Shown here: piece after piece, positions 50,022 to 60,215 of the stretch
How positions within the stretch are numbered: position 1 is the first letter of the stretch
Layout of the letters: each line of letters opens with the position of its first letter
NCBI GenBank assembly: GCA_036679065.1
Contig: JAZIGN010000003.1
Coordinates: 224,001 to 288,000 of the forward strand
DNA: 64,000 nucleotides
Direction of reading: 5' to 3'
DNA from: Coprothermobacterota bacterium
GTDB taxonomy: Bacteria; Coprothermobacterota; Coprothermobacteria; Coprothermobacterales; Coprothermobacteraceae
The notes under the pieces: model-generated
The model's database searches: none
What the model was told of the DNA's origin: nothing
Seen by the model: only the letters and a program-made list of their open reading frames with translations
Program-made: the position numbers and the translations under genes

Positions 50022-53000
50022 GCGTTGAACAGGGGTTTGTGGACGTCTATTCAGAAGAGGTTGACAAGGACTCTGAACGTTGGAAACAATTCATACCTCA
50101 CGAGAACATGAAAGAGCTACTTCAGAAGTTAATGAAGGCTCTCGAAAGAGGAAACAAAGATGACGAAAAACCCATATGGTTGACCGGGGCTTACGGTACT
50201 GGAAAAACTTTCGCATCCTTTGTAGTCAAACATTTGCTTGAGGACGATATTGCAGAGGTTGAGAAATATTTTAGGAATAGTATGAACATTGGAATTATAG
50301 GCGACTTATGGGAAAAGTTTAAAGCCATACGTTCAAAGAAACCCATGAAACCCATATTAGTCGTTTATAAATCAGGGTCTGGGCACGTAGACAACCCAAG
50401 ACGATTTCTTATGGAGATTCAGAAAGGCGTGACTGATGAGCTCAGACGTAAAGGTTACTACAAGTTCTCAAGTACGATGGTTGACGACATTATAGAGAAA
50501 TTCGATTCCGGAGTTGTTAGTTTGGAAAAGTTATTTGCAAAGTACAGAACCGAGTTCTTTGCGTTTGACAAGCCAGAAGAAGTTTTGGAATCTCTCAGGA
50601 ACAGTGTGCAAAATCATGGCGATCTGGATGTGGCTGAAACGTTGGTGGAGATACTCTCAAAAGAGGGAGTCTATGTTAATGATGACCCAGATTCCCTGAA
50701 AAAATGGCTCCAAGACGTTATAGAGAGAAACAATTTGGGAGCGATTGTATTTATCTGGGACGAATTCACGGAATACTTGAACAAAAGTAAAAGTTTCGAC
50801 ACTGTCCAAGAGGTAGCTCAATACAGCGCGGAAATCCCATTCTATTTATTTTTGGTTACTCACAGAGCACCAACTCAATTCACGTCTATTGATGAAAGTC
50901 AAAGAGCAAAAATAAGGGATAGGTTTCACGTAGTACGTTTAGAGATGAAAGAGATTACAGCATTCAGCCTGATGGCAAGGGCTATAGAGATAAAGCCAGC
51001 CACAGCCGATGAGTGGAAAGACCAGTCAAGAAGATTGTGGCTTCAGGTGGAAAGTGTTGCAGATGCCATGGAGAGTGCAGGTCTTCCAGATGTTGAACAA
51101 AAAGAAATGGAAAAACTTGTACCCATGCATCCCTATACAGCATACCTTCTTGCTCATATTTCGAATCTCTACGTGTCCAGTCAGAGAAGTCTGTTCATGT
51201 ATCTGAAAAGCAAAGAAAACGGTGGCTTCGCGGATTTCATCGAAAAGTACCCAGAAAATGGATGGTATTGGATAACGAGTGACAGACTTTGGGACTACTT
51301 CTTTGATAGTCAAACTCAACCCATGATAGACAATGATGGCGCTATGCAGGTAATAAGTTACGCGAGAAACGCTATGCAATCTGAGTCACTTTCCGAGGAC
51401 GAAGTAAAGGTGGTCAAGGCGGTTTGTTTACTCTTGGCTTTAAACTATTTGGAAAGTGGAGCTGGATCACGGTGGCACAAACCTTTGCTCAGCAACCTAA
51501 GGTTAATGTTTACTGGTACACCGATTGACAAGGTGTTGGATAATTTAGTGGAAAAACTCGAAAGCAAGCAAGTCCTTCATGTTAACGAACTAAGCGGAGA
51601 CAAAGAATTTATTTTGCCAGGCAGACATATACCAAATGAATTAAGAAATGAAGCAGAAAACTTTGTAAATAGTAACCATACTTTTGATAGAGTGCTTACA
51701 AGTGCCGGAGATGAAGTTTACAACGTTGGCTACATGAAGAAATTCGAAAGAAAGGTTGTCACGCTTAACGGAGCTGATCTGATCAGATTCGCTGTAAAAG
51801 TGCAGCCTTTTCAAAGCTCGAAATCTACGTTAAGCCCAATAGAGAGTCTGTTGAAACCGTACCAAATAGGTGTCATTATTGTGCTTGCTTTTAGTGATGC
51901 AGATCGCGAAAAGGCTTTAGAAAAAGCGAAAGAAATCGCTACGAAAAGAACCGCAGTTGTGGTCAGCCTAGTTCCATTGGGAGAAGAGAAATGGAAAGAA
52001 TGGAAAAAGTACGCGATAGATTGGTACTGCTATGAAGAAATGAAAGAAACATCTCAAGCGAATTACGCAAGGACGAAGACTGAGGAAATAATGGATAGTT
52101 GGTTTGATAGGATCGCTTCGGGCGACTTTATGGTGTTCATACCTGAAAAAGAGCCTCATTCTGTACGTGGCATAGAAAAGGTTAAGCAGGAACTCATAAA
52201 CTTTAGAACTGAATTGTTTCCTGCGGGACCTGAAAAGATAGACACGACCTCAACGCTGTATAAACCCTCCTACGGCAAAAGTGTCGCCTCTTTTGTGCTT
52301 GAACCTCCGACCAGGATTCCAAGCCCCTACAAGGAGCTAATTCAAAAACTGGAACGTGATCACGTATGGTCAGTTGACCTTAGTACGGTTCAATCTAACC
52401 ATCCTTTGAAGAGAATGCAAGACTTAGTGGATAGAATCATGGAAGAAAGAAACTTTGATGTCCCACTTATTGAAATCTGGGAAAGACTCCAGGAACCACC
52501 ATTTGGTCTAATGCCTTCGCCTATTGGTTTGTTCTTGTTCGCGTGTGTAATGAAGGAATATGCACAAGGTTACTACGTTTACGATGGCAAAACAACTCAA
52601 GAGCTAAATGCTAATAGAATGGCTGATCTGCTAACAAAGGTAGTTAAGCATGATAGAGGATGCGAAGACCTTGTCATAAAGCGTTTGACAAAGAATGCGC
52701 AGGACTTTTGCAAGTTGATGCGTGAGACATTTAGCCTTACTGAAGCAGAAAGCACAACTCCAGAGGAAGTACGAAAGAGCTTGAAAGTGAAGATTAGCGA
52801 GATGCACTATCCTTTATGGATTCTCGAGTTCGATCCAGAATTGGTTGGTTACGGGAGCGGCACGTTCTGCTCTTTGATTTCAAGCTTGCAAGCATTTATC
52901 TTTTCTGATGAAGTTCCAAATGATGATCAACTCAAGGTCATAACTGAACTTCTTGGAGGAATGACCGGACAATATTTGGCTAAGAACTTTACGAAGGATC

Positions 53001-54217
53001 GCATGAGCCGCTGCTTTGCCCAATTTCTAACTATGGAAGATGAAAACATCGCTTCACACATGCAGAAGCTGAATCTCGATCCAAATGGCGTAAGAGATGT
53101 CTTGGGATATTTACTCAAGGAGGATGCGTCTCGGTGGAACCAGGAAGAGGTTCTCAACAGGCTTCCGTTATTGAAAACTGCTCTTTTGAGCATGGAGGCC
53201 TTAAGTGCTGTGTGCGTTTCACGAATTAACGATTTAGCTGAAATGGATAGTACTTTTGAAAGCAGATTCCCAAACAGGTTGTCATTCGAAGTTTACCAAA
53301 TAGCATGTGATTCTGAGGGCGCAAAGGAACTGTCTAAGGCTTTTGGGGTTTTGCAAGAAGTATTGCGATTACCAGAGAGATTGAATAAGGGTGATGCTCT
53401 CAAAATAACTGAATCAGACATTGAGTTGGTGATTCAGAATGCGTCTGATTTAAGCACTTACTTGGATAATCCCTGTATGGTGATAAAGGTGTTGGCGTCA
53501 ACGTGGGAACACCAAGAACTTGATGAATGGGGCGAAAAAGAAGTTTTTGAGAAGATGCTTAAGATGATAGATAAAACCACACTTAAGGATCTTGGAGAAG
53601 AGAAAGTTCGTGAGCTAATAGGGAAGGCTGTTGGAGATTTAGCAAGAAATAGACTGATTCGTGAAATTCAAGAAAAATGGCGCTCTTTAACTGGAACGCT
53701 GACAGTAGAGAACTGGGAAGAAAGACATAAAATGCCCATTCAGTGGGTTCTAGACGACGATACACTTAAAGGTTGTATTAAGGATATAAGGGCATTACAT
53801 AATCTCCCTGAGAGCAAGTTAGTTGATATTCTGGATATTTTGAAAGACAGAGCAGCGGACCTAAGCAAACTTTCTGATGAGAGTTATCTTCTTCCTAAAT
53901 TCGTGGCTACAATAATGCCTGCCTATGCCGAAGTGCTTGATGACCTGAACAGCATGAGTCAGTTAAGGGACCATATTTACGGAAGGATGGAGAAGAAGAA
54001 ACCAGTGGAATGGTCTGATTCTGTTTCAACGATACAGAAGTTTGCTAGAGAGTGGCTCCAAAGGAGATACAGGGAGGCTGTAGCACGAAACGTGCGACAA
54101 ATGCTCATGCAAATGCACGGAGAAGAGCTTAAAAGCCTAATCGCAAATGAGGTTGAAAACAATACTGAGCTTGGCCTTGCACTATATGAGTGCCTGAGAC
54201 GGAGAGAAGGCGGTTAA
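49991..54217 (+). CDS. brxC: BrxC/PglY-like large P-loop ATPase
   Basis: Walker A GAYGTGKT, Walker B FIWDEF, PMHPY, SSQRSLF, PPFGL; 1408 aa in operon with pglZ. Confidence 0.85.
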   Translation: MVGWKYADYIGVEQGFVDVYSEEVDKDSERWKQFIPHENMKELLQKLMKALERGNKDDEKPIWLTGAYGTGKTFASFVVKHLLEDDIAEVEKYFRNSMNIGIIGDLWEKFKAIRSKKPMKPILVVYKSGSGHVDNPRRFLMEIQKGVTDELRRKGYYKFSSTMVDDIIEKFDSGVVSLEKLFAKYRTEFFAFDKPEEVLESLRNSVQNHGDLDVAETLVEILSKEGVYVNDDPDSLKKWLQDVIERNNLGAIVFIWDEFTEYLNKSKSFDTVQEVAQYSAEIPFYLFLVTHRAPTQFTSIDESQRAKIRDRFHVVRLEMKEITAFSLMARAIEIKPATADEWKDQSRRLWLQVESVADAMESAGLPDVEQKEMEKLVPMHPYTAYLLAHISNLYVSSQRSLFMYLKSKENGGFADFIEKYPENGWYWITSDRLWDYFFDSQTQPMIDNDGAMQVISYARNAMQSESLSEDEVKVVKAVCLLLALNYLESGAGSRWHKPLLSNLRLMFTGTPIDKVLDNLVEKLESKQVLHVNELSGDKEFILPGRHIPNELRNEAENFVNSNHTFDRVLTSAGDEVYNVGYMKKFERKVVTLNGADLIRFAVKVQPFQSSKSTLSPIESLLKPYQIGVIIVLAFSDADREKALEKAKEIATKRTAVVVSLVPLGEEKWKEWKKYAIDWYCYEEMKETSQANYARTKTEEIMDSWFDRIASGDFMVFIPEKEPHSVRGIEKVKQELINFRTELFPAGPEKIDTTSTLYKPSYGKSVASFVLEPPTRIPSPYKELIQKLERDHVWSVDLSTVQSNHPLKRMQDLVDRIMEERNFDVPLIEIWERLQEPPFGLMPSPIGLFLFACVMKEYAQGYYVYDGKTTQELNANRMADLLTKVVKHDRGCEDLVIKRLTKNAQDFCKLMRETFSLTEAESTTPEEVRKSLKVKISEMHYPLWILEFDPELVGYGSGTFCSLISSLQAFIFSDEVPNDDQLKVITELLGGMTGQYLAKNFTKDRMSRCFAQFLTMEDENIASHMQKLNLDPNGVRDVLGYLLKEDASRWNQEEVLNRLPLLKTALLSMEALSAVCVSRINDLAEMDSTFESRFPNRLSFEVYQIACDSEGAKELSKAFGVLQEVLRLPERLNKGDALKITESDIELVIQNASDLSTYLDNPCMVIKVLASTWEHQELDEWGEKEVFEKMLKMIDKTTLKDLGEEKVRELIGKAVGDLARNRLIREIQEKWRSLTGTLTVENWEERHKMPIQWVLDDDTLKGCIKDIRALHNLPESKLVDILDILKDRAADLSKLSDESYLLPKFVATIMPAYAEVLDDLNSMSQLRDHIYGRMEKKKPVEWSDSVSTIQKFAREWLQRRYREAVARNVRQMLMQMHGEELKSLIANEVENNTELGLALYECLRRREGG

Positions 54218-54218
54218 A

Positions 54219-56567
54219 GTGACTGAATGCCAATTCGACTCCGTGTCTGAACTTCTCGACTTCCTGGCAGTCGATTTAGAGAATCCTCTGGATAGTAGGT
54301 ACGCACGGTTCGCGACTCGCTTTATTTTGGTAGATACTCCTGAGGAATATAATGTTTTGTTGAACTGGTTAAGAAATCATTGCGACAAAGTATTGAATTT
54401 GGCCGATTTCTGTTCTGGGGACGATGTATTTCCCATGCTGTCAGGGGTACTTGCCACTTTGGATGTTATGGAGAAAGATGCAACTGCCTGCATTGTAGGC
54501 GTCAGCGAGTTCATGAGGTTGGTTCCAGAAAAAGTGAAGAGCTTTTTTTCAAAGTTATTTGAGCGAGAAACTGCCAAGAATAGGCGAATCTACCTACCAC
54601 TGTTCAGAGGGCGCGAACTTCTGTCACAGCTTTTGGAAGGATACGATAGGGTAAGTTATAAAGAAACACCTGATGTACTGAGTGTAAAGGTGTTTAGCAA
54701 TCAGCTGAAAGATATCGAATTGACTGTTGCCCCTTTTGCCCAGCGTAAAGTCCAAAGTGGCGTTAAACTCTTGAATGGTGTTCGTGAGTTGTTCACACTA
54801 TGGTCTAACCAAAGTAATGTGCAAAGAAGTACGCGCTTCTGGTTGAAGACAGAATTCGCAGGGATTGTTAAGGAGGGTGCATCTTCACATTACACTGTTC
54901 AGGTTTACAAGTCAGCATGGGACTTTCTTACTGACAAACTCAAACTTGTTGCTGAGAAAAACTTAGGGACTGAAGAACAATGGACCTGGCTAGCAGAAAA
55001 CGTCGAGGAAGATGATGACTTTGACAGGCTCGCCAGTCGCCTACTTAATAGAAAGAAGTACAGTTCTGAAGTAATTAATCACTTTTGGAAAGATTCTGTC
55101 AAAAACGGCAACGGACCAAAAAGATGGCTCTCTTGGTTGTGGGCAAAACTCAGTGAACCGCAAGGAAGCTATCTAAGAATGACTTTGGACATGAGCAATG
55201 ACATAAACCAATTTGAGGAAAGTGTAGCTCTGGCCATATTCGACGCGAACGAACTTACTTTTGATCTGATCAAAGAAAGGAAAAAATTGTTACTAGACCT
55301 TGGTTCTCCAAATCTACCTAAGTTGTTTTGGGAAAAATACAACAAATTAGAAAAGCCAGAATCAAAATTGGCGGTGCTAACAGATTTCACTGACAAAGAA
55401 AAATGCGAGGCGGTAAGAAACGTCGGTGATTTACTTAAGATAAAGCCGTCAGGTGAGAGTTGGATAAGAATACTCGAAATTACTTACCCCACCCTGTTTA
55501 ATTACTTAACTGGTTTTCTGTTAGACGACGAATTTGCTAACAAGTATTTCAACTTCTACAGGAAGAGCAGAATCATGGATTGCGTTTCTGAAGAACATGC
55601 TCATTTACTGGAGGAGTGGAATCAAGAAAAACTCTGGCTCTACGACACTCGCCACTCTGTTTTGGAGAAAGTTAATAAACAGAGCGAGGAAATCATTTGG
55701 ATAGATGCGTTGGGCTTGGAATGGCTCGGAGTCATTGCAGGATCTATTGATCCTAACGAATACACCGTAGAGTGCAAAATAGTCCGTGCGGAACTCCCTA
55801 CTGTGACCATGAGGAATAACGAGTGGAAAGATGAGAATGAGTTTGTCCGTTACGATCTCGATGAAAACGCACATGACACTCAATATAAGTTTCCAGATAA
55901 CTTTGTAAAGGCACTGGACATAATCGAAGACAAGGTGAACAAAAAACTAAGAGAAGAATTACATAATTCTCAGGTGTTGATTTTAACTTCAGATCATGGT
56001 TTGAGTAGATTTGCTGCGATCAGCAACGACAAAGTTCCAACCCCAGATGGTTATGAAGCCAGAAGAGGTGGTCGCTATGCATCTCTTTCTAATACTGCCG
56101 AAAAAATAAAAACAACTAGTTTAGAACGCTATCCAGATGTGATTAAGACCGAAGGCGAACTTATACAGGTTAGGTACAGAAATTTTATAGGGAGTCCTGT
56201 TCATGGTGGTGAAATACATGGAGGCGCCAGCCCCGAAGAGGTTTTGGTACCAGTAATAAGAATAGCAAGGGAAGCATTAAGCATCAAATTGACTGTTGAA
56301 ACGCCAGAAGTAGAACTTGATATAAAGGGTCGTGGCCTGCTGGTTATTAGATCTTCACATTCGTTGAGTGCGCCTGTGCTTCAGATAACGAACATGTCCT
56401 TGGAAGGGCATTACGAAGGAGAGAATAAGTGGTCATTTCTCTTAGAGGGATTACGTGACGGCGAATACAGCGGTTCTTTGTATGATAACGGAAGAAATTT
56501 AGGCGAAGTGAAATTCAAAGTAAAGAAACGTGGCGCCATAGAACGCAGTGATGATTTTGATTTCTAA
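54219..56567 (+). CDS. pglZ: PglZ-domain alkaline-phosphatase-like protein
   Basis: WIDALGLEW, LPTVT, LDENAH, TSDHG, HGGASPEEVLVP. Confidence 0.92.
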   Translation: MTECQFDSVSELLDFLAVDLENPLDSRYARFATRFILVDTPEEYNVLLNWLRNHCDKVLNLADFCSGDDVFPMLSGVLATLDVMEKDATACIVGVSEFMRLVPEKVKSFFSKLFERETAKNRRIYLPLFRGRELLSQLLEGYDRVSYKETPDVLSVKVFSNQLKDIELTVAPFAQRKVQSGVKLLNGVRELFTLWSNQSNVQRSTRFWLKTEFAGIVKEGASSHYTVQVYKSAWDFLTDKLKLVAEKNLGTEEQWTWLAENVEEDDDFDRLASRLLNRKKYSSEVINHFWKDSVKNGNGPKRWLSWLWAKLSEPQGSYLRMTLDMSNDINQFEESVALAIFDANELTFDLIKERKKLLLDLGSPNLPKLFWEKYNKLEKPESKLAVLTDFTDKEKCEAVRNVGDLLKIKPSGESWIRILEITYPTLFNYLTGFLLDDEFANKYFNFYRKSRIMDCVSEEHAHLLEEWNQEKLWLYDTRHSVLEKVNKQSEEIIWIDALGLEWLGVIAGSIDPNEYTVECKIVRAELPTVTMRNNEWKDENEFVRYDLDENAHDTQYKFPDNFVKALDIIEDKVNKKLREELHNSQVLILTSDHGLSRFAAISNDKVPTPDGYEARRGGRYASLSNTAEKIKTTSLERYPDVIKTEGELIQVRYRNFIGSPVHGGEIHGGASPEEVLVPVIRIAREALSIKLTVETPEVELDIKGRGLLVIRSSHSLSAPVLQITNMSLEGHYEGENKWSFLLEGLRDGEYSGSLYDNGRNLGEVKFKVKKRGAIERSDDFDF

Positions 56568-56588
56568 GATGACTGATTGGAGGATAAA

Positions 56589-58037
56589 GTGAGCACAGTC
56601 AATGATGTTCAAAGTAAAGTGAGAAGTGTTTTTCCTGATGCAGTAATTTACAAGAATCCAGAGTACCATAATTTCTTTTCAAGCAAAAGCATTCCCTCTT
56701 TTCTGAGGGATTGGATTATCATGCGGTTCGCAGATGAAGAAGGCAACATAGACATTGACAAGGTAGCTAATTTCATAAAATCTTCTCTTCCCGGAGCGAA
56801 AGATTGGGAGTCTTTAAAATCAAAAATGGTTAATGATGGACAGCAGGTAAGATTCCTGGGAAAAATTCGGATCGAGGTCGACGTGAAGATGGGGAAGACA
56901 CTTTTTCAACTACCAGAGTTCGGTTACCCCAAGAAGAAGTATGAGGCCTTGGTTGATGATTATGTGATGGCAGAACACAAAGAAGATCTTCTTTCGGACA
57001 GTGAAACGTGGGGCTTGTTAACGTGTGAATATCGACCTTATGGAATTGATGACAGAAGTGGTGCGATTTGGCTTGTTGACTTTAAACCTTTCAGACCTTA
57101 CAAAGTCAGTATAAGCTACTACCAAGAAGCAAGGCGTGAGTTCACTCTAGATGAATGGATTGATGTCTTGCTGATGGCGATCGACTACAATCCAGAGGCG
57201 TTTGCTAATGAAAAACAGAAACTTACTCTGCTAAGTAGATTGCTTCCTTTTCTGGAAAGGCGCGTCAACCTAGTCGAACTCGCCCCAAAGGGTACTGGGA
57301 AATCGTACATGATGTCTCAACTATCGAAATACGGGTGGCTTGTAAGTGGAGGTAGTATATCCAGGGCAAAGCTTTTCTATGACATGAGCAGGAGAATACC
57401 TGGACTTGTTAGCCGTTATGACTTTGTTGTGTTTGATGAGATCCAAACTATAGAGTTTCCTGATCCTGATGAAATGGCGGGCGCTTTGAAAGGGTACCTT
57501 GAAATGGGTCAAACTCAGATTGGTGCTGAAAGGATTGTTGGCAGTGCTGGAATAGTGCTTATGGGAAACATTAAGTCGCAAAGTATGGATGTTTTCAAAG
57601 ATATGTTTCAGCAACTCCCTTCTATTTTCCAGGAATCGGCACTTTTGGATAGATTCCACGGCTTTATAAAGGGTTGGGATATCCCGAGAATGAAAAGCCA
57701 TGTCAGCGCTCATGGTTGGTCCCTCAATGTGGAATATTTCACTGAAATTCTACATGCCATGAGAGAAGATCTTGTTTACGCCGGCATTGTAGATGATTTA
57801 CTTCAAGTGCCTTCTGGTTCGGATCTTCGTGATACAGTGGCTATCAAGCGTTTGACTACGGGTTTCTTGAAGCTCCTCTTTCCTCATGTTCGAGATCTTC
57901 GAGACATTAACAAGGAGGAATTTGAGAAATACTGCCTGGAACCGGCAAAGCAGATGAGGAGCATCATAAAGATTCAAATGACTTTGCGGGACAGCGAGTT
58001 TCAACCCACTGTTCCTGACATAACTTTAAAGATATGA
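56589..58037 (+). CDS. brxL: BrxL-family AAA+ protein (no obvious C-terminal Lon domain)
   Basis: RREFTLDEWIDVLL, NLVELAPKGTGKS, FDEIQ, SALLDRFHGFIKGW. Confidence 0.9.
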   Translation: MSTVNDVQSKVRSVFPDAVIYKNPEYHNFFSSKSIPSFLRDWIIMRFADEEGNIDIDKVANFIKSSLPGAKDWESLKSKMVNDGQQVRFLGKIRIEVDVKMGKTLFQLPEFGYPKKKYEALVDDYVMAEHKEDLLSDSETWGLLTCEYRPYGIDDRSGAIWLVDFKPFRPYKVSISYYQEARREFTLDEWIDVLLMAIDYNPEAFANEKQKLTLLSRLLPFLERRVNLVELAPKGTGKSYMMSQLSKYGWLVSGGSISRAKLFYDMSRRIPGLVSRYDFVVFDEIQTIEFPDPDEMAGALKGYLEMGQTQIGAERIVGSAGIVLMGNIKSQSMDVFKDMFQQLPSIFQESALLDRFHGFIKGWDIPRMKSHVSAHGWSLNVEYFTEILHAMREDLVYAGIVDDLLQVPSGSDLRDTVAIKRLTTGFLKLLFPHVRDLRDINKEEFEKYCLEPAKQMRSIIKIQMTLRDSEFQPTVPDITLKI

Positions 58038-58079
58038 TTTTTTGCAATCCCTGACATAAAAGATATGATTTTTTGCAAT
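58014..58079 (+). repeat. Imperfect tandem duplication spanning the brxL stop
   Basis: CCTGACATAACTTTAAAGATATGATTTTTTGCAAT (58014-58048) and CCTGACATAAAAGATATGATTTTTTGCAAT (58050-58079). Confidence 0.9.
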
Positions 58080-58110
58080 TCTCGCAGGACCGGCAGGAGG
58101 TAACTGCTTA

Positions 58111-58437
58111 ATGGCAACCTTTGAGGAATTCATGGATTTGGACATAAGGGTGGGAAGAGTGATAAACGCAGAGGATTTTCCTAAGGCGAGAAAGCCTGCT
58201 TACAAGCTCACCATTGATTTTGGTCCTTTGGGTGTGAAAAGGTCCAGCGCACAGATTACGGAACTTTACAAGAAGGAAGACTTGGTGGGCAAGGAGGTTG
58301 TCTGCGTAATGAATTTTCCGCCGAAGCAGGTTGCTGACTTCGTTTCTGAGGTACTAGTGCTTGGCGTATACACAGAAAACGGTGTAGTATTGCTTCAGCC
58401 AGATAGAGAAGTACCTTTGGGTTGTAAGATTGGTTAA
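58111..58437 (+). CDS. csaA: CsaA tRNA-binding/chaperone protein
   Basis: LDIRVG, ARKPAYKL.IDFG, SSAQIT, NFPPKQ, SEVLVLG. Confidence 0.93.
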   Translation: MATFEEFMDLDIRVGRVINAEDFPKARKPAYKLTIDFGPLGVKRSSAQITELYKKEDLVGKEVVCVMNFPPKQVADFVSEVLVLGVYTENGVVLLQPDREVPLGCKIG

Positions 58438-58497
58438 CTAAACAGCCCAATGCTAAAATATGCAGTGGAGGGTATAGCATAGAGATGCATTAGTGAC

Positions 58498-58593
58498 TGA
58501 GTAACGCCTAAAGTAAGGTGTTAAAACTAATTTCTGCAGTTCTTGAACTGTTAATTCTTTCGCATTATAGAAGTACCTATAAGGTGTTAAAAC
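58498..58593 (+). CRISPR. Possible degenerate CRISPR repeat-spacer-repeat relic
   Basis: TAAGGTGTTAAAAC occurs at 58514 and 58580 (66-bp period). The second copy extends to ATTATAGAAGTACCTATAAGGTGTTAAAAC, resembling type I-B repeats. Confidence 0.35.
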
Positions 58594-58623
58594 AGAACAG
58601 ACTTACTGGTAACGGTCAAATCA

Positions 58624-58809
58624 ATGATCATGGATATGGAATCCGGTGTTTACGCTCGGTTAGAAGAATGTCAAATAGAAGAAATTAAGGCAACGCAAAT
58701 TGCTGCAGCAATCCACCAAGAAATAGAAGACTTCCGCAATCGTCAGAAAGCATTAGAAGGCCGGCTGGCGTATTACGAAGAAGGAAACAATATTGACAAA
58801 GAGCGCTGA
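58624..58809 (+). CDS. Short hypothetical coiled-coil protein or fragment
   Basis: 61-aa ORF with protein-like charged composition and no recognised family. Confidence 0.35.
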   Translation: MIMDMESGVYARLEECQIEEIKATQIAAAIHQEIEDFRNRQKALEGRLAYYEEGNNIDKER

Positions 58810-58880
58810 TATAAGCTGTTTAATGCAACAGATTAGATGTATAATATTTAATTAATAATTTAACATTAGGAGGTGAAATT

Positions 58881-59378
58881 ATGAATGCCGATGAACGAGA
58901 AAGGAAAAAACAAGAACGAGAACAAAAGAAACAGGAAATGTTAGCATTATATGGCGAAAAGCTTCCATTTGTGACAAACTTCATTACAGAACACTACATA
59001 GAAGGTAACCTCTTATTGCCTTTAAATACTCCCGTTAACTTAATTGGTCATGAAAAGGGTCTCCGATTATACCAAGGAGGGCTTTTTGGAGAAAGTTTTA
59101 ATCAATTCATATACTACGATCATTTAAAACCTATCGTTATACAAACCAAAGAAGAGATCTATAGAGACGTATCTTTAGGGAAGCTTATATTATTCGGTCC
59201 GTTAGCCTTTGGCATGAAAGAAAAGAAAGTAGATAGAAAAAGGTATTTTCTAATCAGTTTTGATGAGTATTTTGGTATTTTTACTTGCAGTTTTGGATGC
59301 CCAACTTTCGTTCTGAATGTCAACGAGGCAAGAATGAAATATCTTAATTCTCTTAATAAAGAGGATGCTACAAGTTGA
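58881..59378 (+). CDS. Hypothetical protein
   Basis: Strong AGGAGGTG RBS and upstream TATAAT; 165 aa; AT-rich. Confidence 0.75.
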   Translation: MNADERERKKQEREQKKQEMLALYGEKLPFVTNFITEHYIEGNLLLPLNTPVNLIGHEKGLRLYQGGLFGESFNQFIYYDHLKPIVIQTKEEIYRDVSLGKLILFGPLAFGMKEKKVDRKRYFLISFDEYFGIFTCSFGCPTFVLNVNEARMKYLNSLNKEDATS

Positions 59379-59504
59379 CTTTGCTGTAATAACTCATCAA
59401 AAAGTTGAAGACAAAAACATACAAGTTTATTTTAGGCGACGCTTTCAAAGTTTTAAAATGGTGCCGTTAAGGTTTATAGCAGAAAACTTGGGTGCAGAAG
59501 TTAT

Positions 59505-60215
59505 ATGGGACGACAAGTCTCAAACACGGTAAGCACAGAAAAACTTTGTTCTCATAAAGGAAGACTGCTCCAAGATCATTTACTAAATGTAGCCATAAGG
59601 ACAAAAGAAATACTAAACCAAGCACTACCAAGCGATTACCAGCATAGAGAAACTATCTTAAACACAGGCTATCTTATAGGACTCACACACGATCTTGGTA
59701 AATCTACACAGTACTTCCACGATTAGTTAAACAAAGGAGAAAAAGGAGTTCTAACACATCATCCAGCACTTTCTTCAATTTTCAACTTTTATATTGTGAG
59801 TGCTTACCTTGATAAGCAAAACCTACAAGATGATCTTAAGACCATACTTAAAGCACTTTCTGTATTCACTGTTAAAAAACATCACAGCGACTTAAACTAT
59901 GTAGCCGAAGTGATAAAAAAGCTCGACGGCATTCTTATAGAAAAACAAATACAATCCATAGATAATGAAAAGCTACAAGAAGTACTCAGCGTTATAAATA
60001 TAAGCAAATGGTACATAGAAGAAATAAACACAGATACGCTTAGGAAGTGGCTGATAGACTTCCAAAGCAATCATGTTTTTGACTTAGTAATCGGTATAAA
60101 ACACATTCTAAATGGAAGCAGTAGCCCAAGCTATTATTTTCTTAGCAACCTACTGTTTTCAGCATTAGTAAATGCTGGCACAATCGAAGGTAAAGTAATT
60201 TTGTATTTCTGTTAG
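59505..60215 (+). pseudogene. cas3: Cas3'' HD-nuclease domain pseudogene
   Basis: SH..RLLQDHL..VA, THDLGK..YF, in-frame TAG at 59724-59726, then H.ALSS, KKHHSDL, LFSALVNA. No helicase part follows. Confidence 0.82.
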
